A stretch of 64,000 nucleotides of DNA, taken from NCBI GenBank assembly GCA_965644265.1, contig OZ286462.1, forward strand, positions 38,254,001 through 38,318,000. Reading direction: 5' to 3'. Below the pieces are notes generated by a model. That model ran no database searches and was not told the origin of the DNA. It saw nothing but the letters and a program-made list of their open reading frames with translations. This DNA is from Glycera tridactyla (taxonomy: Eukaryota). Position numbers and translations under genes: made by a program. How positions within the stretch are numbered: the stretch's first letter is position 1; the number at the start of each line of letters is the position of its first letter. This document shows positions 51,931 through 64,000 of this stretch, piece after piece.

Positions 51931-54404
51931 CAGGATATGTTCGAGCCATATACTATCTAAGCATAGTAGAACTACCAAATATATTGTGTGCAAGTCACAT
52001 TCAGCAATATGTGATGGGAAACAATGAATTGGCAAGCCAGGTCTTATGGTTACGATGAGGCAGGTTGGCTGGTTGGGTCGATGGATGATTGATTGGTTGG
52101 AAGATTGAGTGATTGGTAAATTGGTTGTGCTTGAGAGCATGCAAACATAGATGTATCGAGTCTTTGAAGATGGAGGATTGTAATTTGATATGTCATATTC
52201 CGTAAACCTTGAAAAATCTTGAAACTGTACAATCAGGACCTAATGCTACATGACCAGATAAATATCTCAATCAAATCTGATCATTTCCTTGTCAGGCAAG
52301 GCTGCTCAGTGCTTCATATCTTCCATGTTATTGGCGTGATTGTCTAAGCATGATCAAGAATGGACAACTTTTACATATAGAGTTCTGTCACAATAGTCAT
52401 GTGCAAGTAAAATGACATTTGTAACCGAGTATACCCTCATTCATAATGATTCTTGACGTAGCTTCTCTGAAAATTTTGATTGACATCATACACTGGAACC
52501 GCTTCGATACAAAATCAAATGAAAATTACTACTAGAACCTTTGTTGTCTTAACACAACTTGGTTGGAACTTTTGTTCAGAAGTATACTAGATGATCCAGA
52601 AAGAGAAAAGTCTTGAGGAATTCTGCAACTGGTCATATTCCTGACCAAATATTTATGCTCAGCTATGTGGATAAAAGAGGGAACTATCTGAATCCATGGG
52701 CCTGATAGAGTGTAACAAGTTAGCCATGAAAAATTCTCATGATACACCAGATGCAGAAAAAGTGGGGAGTGCGATAGACAAATGCATCAAAACCACATTG
52801 AATATGCTTCCATCCTGTTCAAGTATACAGTAGGCCATTTTTCTCATCAACTTAATGTCCAACAGTGTATGACATTTTCCCAAGAAGGAGCCCATAGCTC
52901 ATTAGAGGATGCTCCATCTAATTGATATATCTACAAGGTAATTACCATACACAGTTTTTATATCACCACCTTAACATTTCTCCCACCATTTCATGCCTTG
53001 ATTTAAAGGTTTTCGAGGAAAAATTACTGATTCCAGCCATATATGGGATGAAAGGACATTGTAAACATATGATATTTTTCCTCTCAACTGCTACTTACAA
53101 GAAAATGAGCCCAGAGAGAAACATCATATCAGTTGAGGTGATAGTAGAGCAGCGTCTAATGGTCATTGAGAAAAATGTTTTTCTGTTGATAGCACACCCA
53201 GTGGATATTTATACCCAAAAAAATTATGCAAGTGCAAACATTTGATTGGCGATTGATATCTGAGAAAGAAATTTATACATCCACAAGTACCATCATAAAA
53301 TGTAATATGAGGCTTCCCTTTTACTATGGGTACACATGATATTCCAATAGAACCATTTTCTAATAGATCTTTGAATTTGCAGATAAGAGGATTGCATTGT
53401 GAATGCAGTGAAACGTGTGCACAAAAAATCTCCAGAGGTCGTCATTATCAAAGGGATAACTGAATATTTACTGAAGGAGCTGCCTACAGAAATGATCTCT
53501 TCAAAGTAGCTGAGCACTCAATGGATCAGCATAGATTTAGTCTCTTATCACTGGAATAGACTGACCAATTCTATGCCTGAAATGCTGAAGGGCAGATAAA
53601 GTTGTAAAAAGGCACACACATCCATGTCTTACATACCCAAAGCCACAATGCAATTCAGCATCCTTCAAAAAGAATAAATGGTTTGAGGCACATGAGTGTG
53701 AAATGGCACGTTGAAACTTTATTCATGTGCACAAAAAGCCTATACACATTCTCTCTAATCGGGAAATCCCTGTTAACCTTAGAATGATCCATACAATCCT
53801 TCACACCTCAATCCATGATATATTGATCGCCAATCAAATCCATTATAAAGGATCAACAAATATTGAGCATTACCAATCAATCTGATTTAAAGCATGAACG
53901 GGATAGATAAAGGTTGATGTGAAGTCGTAAAGATTCTTTGTCATTCCCGAATACCATTTGCACGACCCCAATGCATTGTTTCTTTGGGGATTGAAAAATC
54001 TTGATGGGAATTTTTTCCAGATGAATGAGAGTGCAATTATTGTGGGAATGAGGAGGTTAAGTATTTTCTTTGTCCCACCCACACATTGGGAGAGCACAGA
54101 TGTTGATGTCTTACAGGGATGACTGATTTTAGGTGCAGTGATTTACTTCATGACTTGACTGATAATGAGAAATGCTGTACGTGATGAGAGGATTGAATAT
54201 AGAAAACACATAACTTTCTAACACAAACAGTCGTAGATTATGATTAGTTAGCGAAAGACATGAGTGGAGAACAGATTCATCAACAGAGAGACATAAGACA
54301 GATTTTGACTTCAAATGAGGCATCAAACAATCAGATGAGATCATTCATCATCTCATGTCATGACTGTATTTCCCTCCAATTCGCATTCATCCACTTTATC
54401 AACT

Positions 54405-54917
54405 GACATGTCTGTTTACTACAACTGTACTTGATGCAGTGAATGATGTTCCTGTTTACTACAATTGTACCTTTTGCAGTAAACGATGTTCCTGTTTGCT
54501 ACAACTGTACTTCATGCAGTATATGCTGTTCCTGTTTACTACAACTGTACTTCATGCAGTGAATGATGTTCCTGTTCACTACAATTGTACTTCATGCAGT
54601 AAATGATGTTCCTGTTTTACTACAATTGTACTTCATGCAGTAAATGATGATCCTGTTTACTACAATTGTACTCCATGCAGTAAATGATGTTCCTGTTCAC
54701 TACAACTGTACTTCATGCAGTAATGATGTTCCTGTTTACTACAATTGTACTTTTTGCAGTAAACAATGTTCCTGTTTACTACAACTGTACTTCATGCAGT
54801 AATGATGTTCCTGTTCACTACAATTGTACTTCATGCAGTAAATGGTTCCTGTTTACTACAATTGTACTTTATACATTAAGCGACATTCCTGTTCACTCCA
54901 ATTGTTCTTTATGCAGT
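54405..54917. repeat. Minisatellite, ~13 x 40 bp
   Basis: Unit ATGATGTTCCTGTTTACTACAATTGTACTTCATGCAGTAA; period 40 (54421, 54461, 54501, 54541). Confidence 0.95.
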
Positions 54918-57528
54918 AAACAGCACCTCAACAAGGTGACCTGATCAATCTACAAATAGGAGTTAATGATAGTTTCCTCAACGGTCCTCAACAGAGAGCC
55001 CGCCTTGTATAAATATGAGTTCAAGCAACATCACTCCATTTTTTCGACCAAAATATTTGGGATGGTGATCTCAAGCATAGTGAGATGCTGCATAGATCTT
55101 GTCACGAGGATCACCCCCTTCTCTCCAGATCCTTGTTCCCTCATTCAGCTTCTGAGAATAGTATCAACTCTATTCCAATTATCACTGATGCATTGCTGCA
55201 ACTTTCAAACTATTTGCGAGACCAAAAAATCTGTATTTAATTACACATGGTCAAATATCAGCATGAAAATTTCATTGACAGCATACTGAGTAGAATAGAT
55301 ATGGGCCATAAAGGGTTGAAACAAAAAACATCGAATGTGTGATTAAAAGGCACCATGAGCAGTATGACAAGCATACAATGGCCCCTAAAAACAAGCCTCA
55401 GTGTTTTAAAGCAATGACCCCATTTTTTCCCTAGTAAGATCGGAGTGAACCCGACCTTGGGCTCACATTCATTAAATACTACTTAGATTGACAAATCCAG
55501 GTCAAATCACCATGAATTACATATTAGTGGAATCAAATTGCTATGTCAAATCCTCAGACCTACTTTGAAAATGTTTGATAATTTTTTTTTTGAATGTTGA
55601 CCCATGTGTGGATTCAATCTGCTCCAATGGTACGCTGAGGTATAATGAAGGAATCTGATAGGAAATACATAAAATGTTCAAAATAGCCACATTCCAACTG
55701 CATCATGATAGATGAATGAGTAGATCAAATAACACAATAATCACTATCTTGATCTCAATAATATGGTATCTGTTTTCAATTGATCAACTACTAGGGATCA
55801 TTTCATGATTGTGTCATCTTCGTTGTTGACAAGGTGACTGTTCGTACATTGCCCTCATCATCACCCGCGTATGACCAAATGCTAGGAATACACCAATGAT
55901 ACATCAACCATGACCACCACCCTAATGACAGACAAATAAAACCAGCATATTATTCATTATATAAAACCATATAAGTAACGCTGGTAATGCTCCTAACCCT
56001 TCCTATACTATGACATCGTTTTACTGGGTTGAGCAAGATAGCTGTTGTATTCCAATTAAATTCGGATCCGAGTGAATGTTATGATACTCAATAATTGACT
56101 TGTAGTCACTCCAAAGAAACTTTGGCCATAGATTCACCAGCATGATCTCTCAATAGGAGACCATCAGCTTTGGTAGTCCACATTTGGAAACCCATCTGTC
56201 AACTCTAATAGTCATACATACCTAAAGTGAACTTTGCCAAACCACTGCTTGTTGTTGTTAGTATGGTCTCTCACTATAGGATTTGCTGTATCATTGAAAT
56301 CCAAGACGAATATACCTTAGGATGGCAGACCATGAAATCTCATATCTGAAAACAGTTGCAGCAGTACTGGCGAATATTCCAGTTCCTTTCAATGTTAAAT
56401 GAAGAAGAAAAAGATTTTGCACACTAGATAGCGAGTGATCTAGAGAAGTGACCAAGCGATCACCATCTTTTGTTGAAGACATGGGACCACCTACCAAGAA
56501 AAGTGATCATTTTTTGCACTCCTCATGCTTAGTTCTCCACCATTTAAATCAACATTTCACAACTGATTCAATCAGCAGTGACCACCCATAATTTCATCTA
56601 TGAAATTTCAACTTATCGTTTTGCAATATTTAAAATGATCAAACGTTTCCATGAAGATGTGTCAGATAACAGGTTAATGATGATGCCATGAAATGCTATG
56701 CTCCTCCATCTGTGTAACCTAATTTTATTTCTCAGACAGCAACTCATTAATCAGATCTGATCTCTGTTTCCCTTTTGCTAGACCAAAGTTTGCGTCATGC
56801 TCACAAGGTTTTTTCTCACTCCAACAAATCTTTCTGACCCCGAACTCCTTGCTATTATATATATTCATCAACATTAGTACACCTCAAGGTCGATAATGTT
56901 GCTGACATCTAATTCCCAAAAAGTTCCCGATTCTCGCACCGGTGTCGGTTCTAAAGTGACAAATAAGCTCCTTCCCACGACTTTCCTTTTGAGATTAAAA
57001 TTTATAACATTGTATTTAAGATGAAGATGAAATGAGCACAAATTGAACAGCAAGCCTTGCAGATATATATTCATTCGATAATTCAATGTGGTAGTTCAGC
57101 GAATGATATAAAGGTATACAGTGTATTCCAAGCTGGGATTCCTGATGATAACAGAGAAATGATGATGGTGATGGGTGCTGTCTTCATTGCTGTCACCACA
57201 ACCTGGCCAGCAGCCCAGTGTTATTTTTAGAACTGAGTCCATCTCACCCAGTATATATGGGATAATTATCATGATATGGGATTTCTGGTTAGGCACATGG
57301 GGGAGGGGGGCATCGACTCTCAAATTCTCACTAGGCAGGCTCCGATGACAGAGAAAATTTAACCCGTCCACTCGAGAAATCAACCTGCCCTGCTTATACA
57401 TGCATACCTTTCATGATAATTTTCCACCTGCCCACCTGCAAAAACTACCTGACCAGGCAGGTAGGTGGATATCTCTTCTCGCCCTGGTAGATAATGTATC
57501 TTGAGGTAGATATCACTATATTACTCAC

Positions 57529-57600
57529 AGTGATTCTGGTGAAAATTTGTGGAGCTTTCAAGGTCAATCCATCTTGGCGAATGCGGTGTAGTAGCGACAT
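57529..57600 (-). CDS. Candidate first exon, MSLLHRIRQDGLTLKAPQIFTRIT (may instead be 5' UTR)
   Basis: ATG at 57600, donor ACT|GTGAGT at 57528; adjacent to a CpG-rich region with an E-box. Confidence 0.3.
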
Positions 57601-57900
57601 CGTGTGACTACAAGGTTGGGTGGTGATCACGTGACAAATGGAAGATCTCCCAGTTAATCAACAGGAGATTGTGGTGGCCGGGCTGAGCTCTGGGTTTTCT
57701 TGTGGAATTATTGACACCTGGTTGTATGTTAGGCATTCGGAGAGTGACTGAGATCAGTGAAAAACGTCAATTTCAGTACCGGCCTTCACCTGGTGAGGAA
57801 ATGGCTGTAATAATCGAGCGCCCCTTCTTCAGTCAGTAGGAATCCTAATAAACGCCCAGGGTGATTATTACGTCATTTATGGTATTTCATCAATGAGTTT
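57601..57900. promoter_or_regulatory. Promoter-like CpG-enriched region
   Basis: Intact GATCACGTGAC (USF/TFE-type E-box) at 57625-57635, TTACGTCA near 57868, and more CpG than the surrounding DNA. Confidence 0.4.
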
Positions 57901-59610
57901 ATCTTTGTGAACCTGAATCCATCCCTAAGCTCGAAGTAAGTTCTGCATTGGTTCATTGAATATCTACCGAACTTCAACTCAAACGTAGCACACACAGTTC
58001 ACACGCACACTTGTATGGAATACAAAACCTTACCGCAAGATGTTCACAACTGCAACATGATGGGATGTTTTTGCGAAGCCAGTTGCACTAACACCTAATT
58101 GTGAATTGCGAATCTATGCTTACTTATTTCACCCCGCTCCTCTCATACAATTAGAAGTATCTAGCAGGGATGAAGTATGAGGGAAAATCCTTACCTGTGC
58201 CAAATTATGAAGGTTGCTTACAGGCCAGTTCAAATTTCATGATATCCTGGAACAGAGAATGTTATCTTCTCATTAACAAACAAGTCAACAAATTCTTAAA
58301 ATAGTTTCCATTGTCGATGACACTGAAGGCCTATATTCAAATCCAATAAGCATTGGTGATGATCAGGCATTCTTTCATTTTGGCAGAATCCAATTGCATG
58401 GGCACATGAAATTAGAGATTGGACAATTTAGAATCAGTAACATTGGTAGTAAAACAAGCCTCACTCAAACAAACAAACGGGTGTTGACAAAGTGGTCAAT
58501 ATCATATGTGTTTTCATGAACTATGTCATATACTAATGACTGTGGATCGGGGTAGGCATGACATGGTCATGAAAAAAGCCTGTAAAGAAGATATAGTAAT
58601 AAGTGCCAGGTTGGCAATCTGGTATCCCCATCAACAAATTGGTGCAAGGTTGGAGTGCAGATAATTTCCGGATAGCTCCTCTAATATTGTCTGGCATTAG
58701 CAACTCAACTCCCACTTGCTGCCATCTATGTGTCATCTGGCAGTTGCTGCCACCATCAGACTGGTTGTCCCTGACACGACCATGCTACAAGACGTCACTT
58801 CAAAAAGCTTAAGAATATTCTGCGGAATATTTGGACATTGAACAGCCACTACCAGTCAAATCTCTGAAAGGGATTCGGCAAATCAAACTTCATAATATTC
58901 AAATGTTACAAAATAATTCTTTCAAAGGTATTGGAATATTGAAATGACTTGAACCATGTGAAACATAGTGATGAGATGAAATGAAAAATTGCTTATCATT
59001 TGCTCTTTGTGGAAGATCATGAAAGGTGTTGTTTGAGCTCATCCATAAGTGGAGTCGGCCTTGGGCCTAGAAAAGAAGAAACTGCAGCCATGTCAACAAA
59101 AAATTCATAAATGGATAAATTTTCAGCCTGAGCATGGAAGGTAGGTCACCAAACATTTACCTTTCTACTGGTGAACTGCATTGACCCAATAATTTACATT
59201 CTGTAAACTTCTATGACATCATCAAGTTCACGTAACGCACACTATGACATCACAGTATCTCACGGTATTCTCATTATGTTAAAGATGTTGGGAAAACATC
59301 ACCATCATCATTGTCCAGGAAAGCACTTCCAATGTCACCAACGCCAGTTAGAAACTACACATGGTCAGTCTTGCTATGCATCATTCTGAACTACCATCTT
59401 ACTAAAATTTCTGACCAAACATTGGTAAGATCATATTTGAATGGAGTTGTTGGTTGCTTCCCCAAAGTGAATGTCCATAAATCATGCTGAGTTCTGGCAC
59501 ATTAATGTGATCAACAAAAACTGATTAAGTTATGACACATAATAGAGTCGATTAATTCTCATCATGTGATGTGATTAATGTTGACCCATTTCTCCTTTGC
59601 TGGAACATGT

Positions 59611-59941
59611 GAAAATGAGGGAAGATATGCTGGCACTTGTTTGAATGTTACAAATGCTTTACATTCACAAATAGAGGCCATATTATCAACTTTGAAAATG
59701 AGGGAAGATATGCTGGCACTTGTTTGAATGTTACAAATGCTTTACATTCACAAATAGAGGCCATATTATCAACTTTGAAAATGAGGGAAGATATGCTGGC
59801 ACTTGTTTGAATCTTACAAATGCTCCATATTCACAAATAGAGGCCATATTATCAACTTTGAAAATGAGGGAAGATATGCTGGCACTTGTTTGATTGTTAC
59901 AAATGCTTTACATTCAAAAATAGAGGCCATATTATCAACTT
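59611..59941. repeat. Minisatellite, 4 x 83 bp
   Basis: GAAAATGAGGGAAGATATGCTGGCACTTGTTTGA...GGCCATATTATCAACTTT starts at 59611 and 59694, then twice more. Confidence 0.97.
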
Positions 59942-60617
59942 CACGAGAGACTAGTGTTATGCAATGATCACACGGATCTATCAAATAAGGTTGTATATGC
60001 GATAATCTGCAGTTCTGTAATCCATGACCAACTTTGTTAGGCACATAAAGTTATGACTTATCAACTCAAAAGCCACAGAAATAACAAAATTGGATGATAA
60101 CATTATATCATATAGTGCGGAATATGAATCCATCAATCAGGTGAATTTTTTTTGTCAGTGGGATATTTTCCATACACTTCTAGAATACCGTTTTGGGATT
60201 GTATGGTTGAAAGAAAAAGTTATCTGATTCGGGTCAGCAGACTCGGTTCATGACAATTAATAATGGGCCAGAGATCGGTCCCGTAATCTAAACATGGTGG
60301 TGTCAGAAAACAAAAACAAATACACGATGAATCATTCATGCTTGGATAAAAACTGAAAAAGTTTGCATTCATTTTCACTCGATGTAGTCCATGTATTCCA
60401 CCAGTAATTTTCTACATACAAAGCGCCTTCATTGAAATTACCAGGATGCCACAGCAAAGCTCGATATGAGGGTGTAAACAAGGAAGTAGTGCACTGCCAT
60501 ACAAAACAGTGCCAAGAAACCTAGCAGTAACCTAGTGGTGACATCTTGAATCACTCTGGGACATGCGATATAAGTACTGGTATCTTATTTGGTGCCTTCT
60601 ATCCACTGACCATTCTC

Positions 60618-60678
60618 TCTCTCCCTCCTTCTCTCCCTCCCTATCTCTCTCTTTCTCTCTCTCCCACACACACACAAA
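60618..60678. repeat. (CT)n(CA)n compound microsatellite
   Basis: Direct observation. Confidence 0.85.
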
Positions 60679-63029
60679 CACTTGTGCATGGACCTGCATG
60701 GATCTTTCGCACCCCTGACATAAAAAAACAATGTCAATGGCCACTATTTCCTGAAATTTCACTCATACAACATCAAGTGTGACATCACAATGGACAGCCT
60801 GAGGACAATTCTCAGCAAACAATATTATTAGAAACCAACCAAAAACACCACATTAGTAGAAACAAATTCTATTAAAAGTTTCACTTACAATGAGCCATAG
60901 GAAAAACATTATCTCCAAGAGAATTGATCAACTGAGATATCAATCATCACAGTGAAAGAACAGGCTATGTCAAAATTACTGCGAAAGATTGGACAGTTCC
61001 AAAACTAGTTTCACATCCTACCGAATGATTCACAGTTTCCCAATGTACATGTATAAGTGATAACACAGCGGTGAGCCTAGTTGTCATTGGTAACCAATGA
61101 GAGTTTCACAGCTTCCATGAACCTGAGGTTTTCCTGATGATGTGTGACTTGGGGTTTTCCTCAAGGGTAAGGATTTCAACATCTTGGGCAGAATGTGAGA
61201 CTATCACCCAAACTTTTGCAATTATTCCCATCCATCATCCTATGAAAATAATAATATGGCCTATCTAAGCATGTTGTTCACTCGTCACCTGTCGCAGGAT
61301 AAAAAGTAATCTATATGTTCAAATAAGTCTGAATAGCAGTAAGTGTAAGTTGGGTCAGAATATGAGGCTCGAGTGTCTGGCTGATATTTTGCCCTTAGGT
61401 TAAAAATACAGTCATGAAATCAAATTATTCGACACAATCATTTTCATTCAATAGTCATCAGCTGTCCTCCGAAGATATGGAAATTGAGAAGTGACAAATG
61501 AAATAGAGTAAGGAAAGTGACATGAGTCGACTGGGCTCGGAGATAATATTCAGCCATACAAAAAAATAAAGCCAATGAATCATAATGAGCATCCGGAAGC
61601 ATTAATTCAATCACAACAAATTGATTAAATTATGACACATAATTTGGATAATCTTCCCCACTGCCATCTGTGATTTATGTGGTCTACTTGCACGGAGATG
61701 AGCCAAGATTAGGCCTATCCAAACTGTTGCGGGTCAGCCATCTGTGAGAATTACCTTTGTACCAGATAGTCATGAATCCACTAGAGATCAACCATGAAAC
61801 ACCCCCTCTCCTGAATCAATACATGGAAGCAAAGTCTACTTGAATAATTGTGAATACGTTCCCAAGATGATCCATTATGAATGCATACTGACCTACTTTC
61901 TGATAATTTGTGGGGATGATTCGCAATATTTGACACACTCTTTTAACCAAAGATTCACCTCAACATGTTTCATTATTCAATTTTTTGTTTGGCGGGGGTT
62001 CCAAATATACATCTCGACCTGCTGGATTATGTATCTATTGATCCTGTATGCCTTTTGCAGCCAACAGGAAGAACTTTTTCAGCCACTCTCCAATCAGGAG
62101 AGCGGATTAGGAGAATACAGTCCCCTGAGCTCCTGGGGAGAGTATAAAATAAACAAATTCAAATTCAGATCACAGAAAATTAATTCACTCCCACCAACCT
62201 ATGTTTCCCAAAGGTCAGTTCTTGAGAATCATATATGTTCAGGCAAATGCAAAGCCTACCCTTAGGAACCACGGATCATTGCTGGTGCAATCAAAATTGA
62301 GGTGTTCTGTCATTACGGAAAATCCATCATCAACTGAAAATTTTACACTCTTCCATTGAGATTCAGCTTGGAATTTTCACTCTCCTGAAATCGAATTCAC
62401 TCTCCCGAGATTTGGGAGAGTGCTAAATTCGATGACTGCTTATGTGGTGCACAGGCATGGCAGACCCTGTTTGTAGGCTGGTGAGGGGCCAACAAGTGGG
62501 ATTTCACTGCTGAGTCAAACAAACGTACACTCACACTTCTCGTGAATCTAGAGTTTGGATTGATCCATGGAGGAGTGAAATTATCTAGAGATAGATATAT
62601 ACTAACCAACTTTATGAAACAGAATAACCATCAGCAATTTCAGATTGAGAATGATTTATCTAGATTTGTCCAACAAATATACCTATGCTTGTGGTACTGA
62701 AGGAATTTAGCATGCAAACTGTCTTATAAATTCTAGTTCAGGTGTTACTCAACACATTCTACCTTTGCATAACTCGAGGTGAAGATGAATTCAGTTCCAT
62801 GCATATGTGACCAATGGGACATGATTGGTGTCTGGCGCAAAGACAATTCTTTTCTTTCTCTTGCGGTGATTTATGATGGGAACAGAATATTTTGACTGAA
62901 AGCATTATTCTAAGTCACTCTCTTGGGCAAGGCCACCCTATTAACCTTACCGCACGCACATTCAGCACATTCTCCCCACTGCCCACAATGTCTACTCTTT
63001 CAGAGAGATCCTTCTCATACAGTTGATGC

Positions 63030-63562
63030 TATACAGTGATGTTACTCTTCCTCATCCCCATCGTCATCCCCATCCTCCTCCTCCTCCTCCTCCTCCTCAT
63101 CATCATCATCATTATAATCATCATCATCATCACCATGATTGTTATTATGAATTGTATTATTAATGTTATAACAATCATCATTATAAATTGTATGATTATT
63201 ATTATTATCATTATTATTATTATTGTTGTTGTTGTCATTATTATCATTATTGTCATTATTGTTATTGTAGAGAGCAAACCACAACTTGGAGAAATAGCTT
63301 CCAATAACTTCAATAGCAGTGAATATGATATAGACAGTGTAATGTACATTATTATCATTATTATTATTATTGTCATTATTAATTTTTTATCATCATTATT
63401 ATTATTATCATTATTGTTATTGTAGAGAGCAAACCACAACTTGGAGAAATAGCTTCCAATAACTTCAATAGCAGTGAATATGATATAGATAGTGTGATGT
63501 ACATTATTATCATTATCATTATTAATATTGTCATTATTACTATGATTATTATTATCATTATC
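63030..63562. repeat. (ATT/ATC/CTC)n low-complexity tract containing a 2 x 155 bp duplication
   Basis: TGTAGAGAGCAAACCACAACTTGG...GTACATTATTATC occurs at 63266 and 63421. The long ORFs here are artefacts of stop-free triplet repeats. Confidence 0.95.
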
Positions 63563-63941
63563 AAAAAAGATGAATTGATGTAAGAGTAAACAGTACATAG
63601 TATAGGTAGCAATACACCAAATCACCATATTCATTATGTTGGGCCCACTCAAACACTGTATCCTGGGTCAGCTATGGGCAGGAACCTTTTCAAATATGAA
63701 ATGTTTATTCTAATTCAAATGAGATCATCACAAACCACCTGAAATGCAGTCTACAGTCAGCAGTCCGTCTGATTGGGGTATCAAGTAAAAAGCGCTTGCA
63801 AAGATAATATTTTGAGATGGGTCAAGTTTCATCAAGGGTCTCTCATCACTAGCCCATGCAGGTACTCATAAAATGTGGACAAAAAAGGATTGTAGCAACA
63901 ATGGGTTAAATGCGAAGCTGGTATTCTAGTTTTTCTGCAAG

Positions 63942-63991
63942 AATGATGGCCGTCATGGTGAATGCAATTTATTGTGACAAGCTCATGTCAG
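63942..63991 (+). CDS. Candidate exon (50 nt), MMAVMVNAIYCDKLMS
   Basis: Acceptor TTTTTCTGCAAG and donor CAG|GTAAGG. One end of any such gene would lie outside the window. Confidence 0.2.
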
Positions 63992-64000
63992 GTAAGGAAA

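Noticed and set aside
53370-53510. IVNAVKRVHKKSPEVVIIKGITEYLL resembling a BEN/DUF4806 C-terminus
   Set aside because: It needs a frameshift, is short, and cannot be supported without a profile search.
63029-63652. 207-aa and overlapping ORFs rich in N/D/I/E
   Set aside because: Triplet low-complexity repeats lacking stops; not evidence of coding.
1-64000. tRNA, rRNA, snRNA, telomeric arrays and SECIS elements
   Set aside because: No T-loop GTTCGA in a cloverleaf context, no conserved rRNA or snRNA blocks and no TTAGGG arrays were seen; SECIS cannot be assessed by eye.

Overview
AT-rich, repeat-dense eukaryotic DNA that looks metazoan, probably a marine invertebrate (inferred from the repeat types only). 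It has five N-runs. There is no long intact ORF, recognisable named gene, tRNA/rRNA or CRISPR array. Well-supported content is: (1) two Penelope-like retroelement fragments, an RT/thumb ORF at 48.4-48.9 kb and a GIY-YIG C-terminus at 17.6-17.9 kb; (2) at least three families of TA-flanked ~130-180 bp MITEs with CAGTGAAACC or CAGTC(A/G)AAC ends, two of them nested in older repeats; (3) three non-autonomous hAT-type elements with readable 8-bp target-site duplications, related ends and unrelated interiors; (4) a four-copy SINE-like family, degraded LINE relics, and several minisatellites (40, 68, 83, 93, ~155 bp). Candidate exons were found by reading splice sites and frames by eye. They include a CpG-rich promoter-like region near 57.6 kb with a possible first exon and a phase-compatible chain of small minus-strand exons, a 153-codon minus-strand open exon at 32.3-32.7 kb, and a three-exon plus-strand fragment resembling a decayed WRKY/FLYWCH-type zinc finger at 2.4-2.7 kb. 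All gene models are low confidence. I did not find a convincing novel biological system; the best leads are listed as findings.
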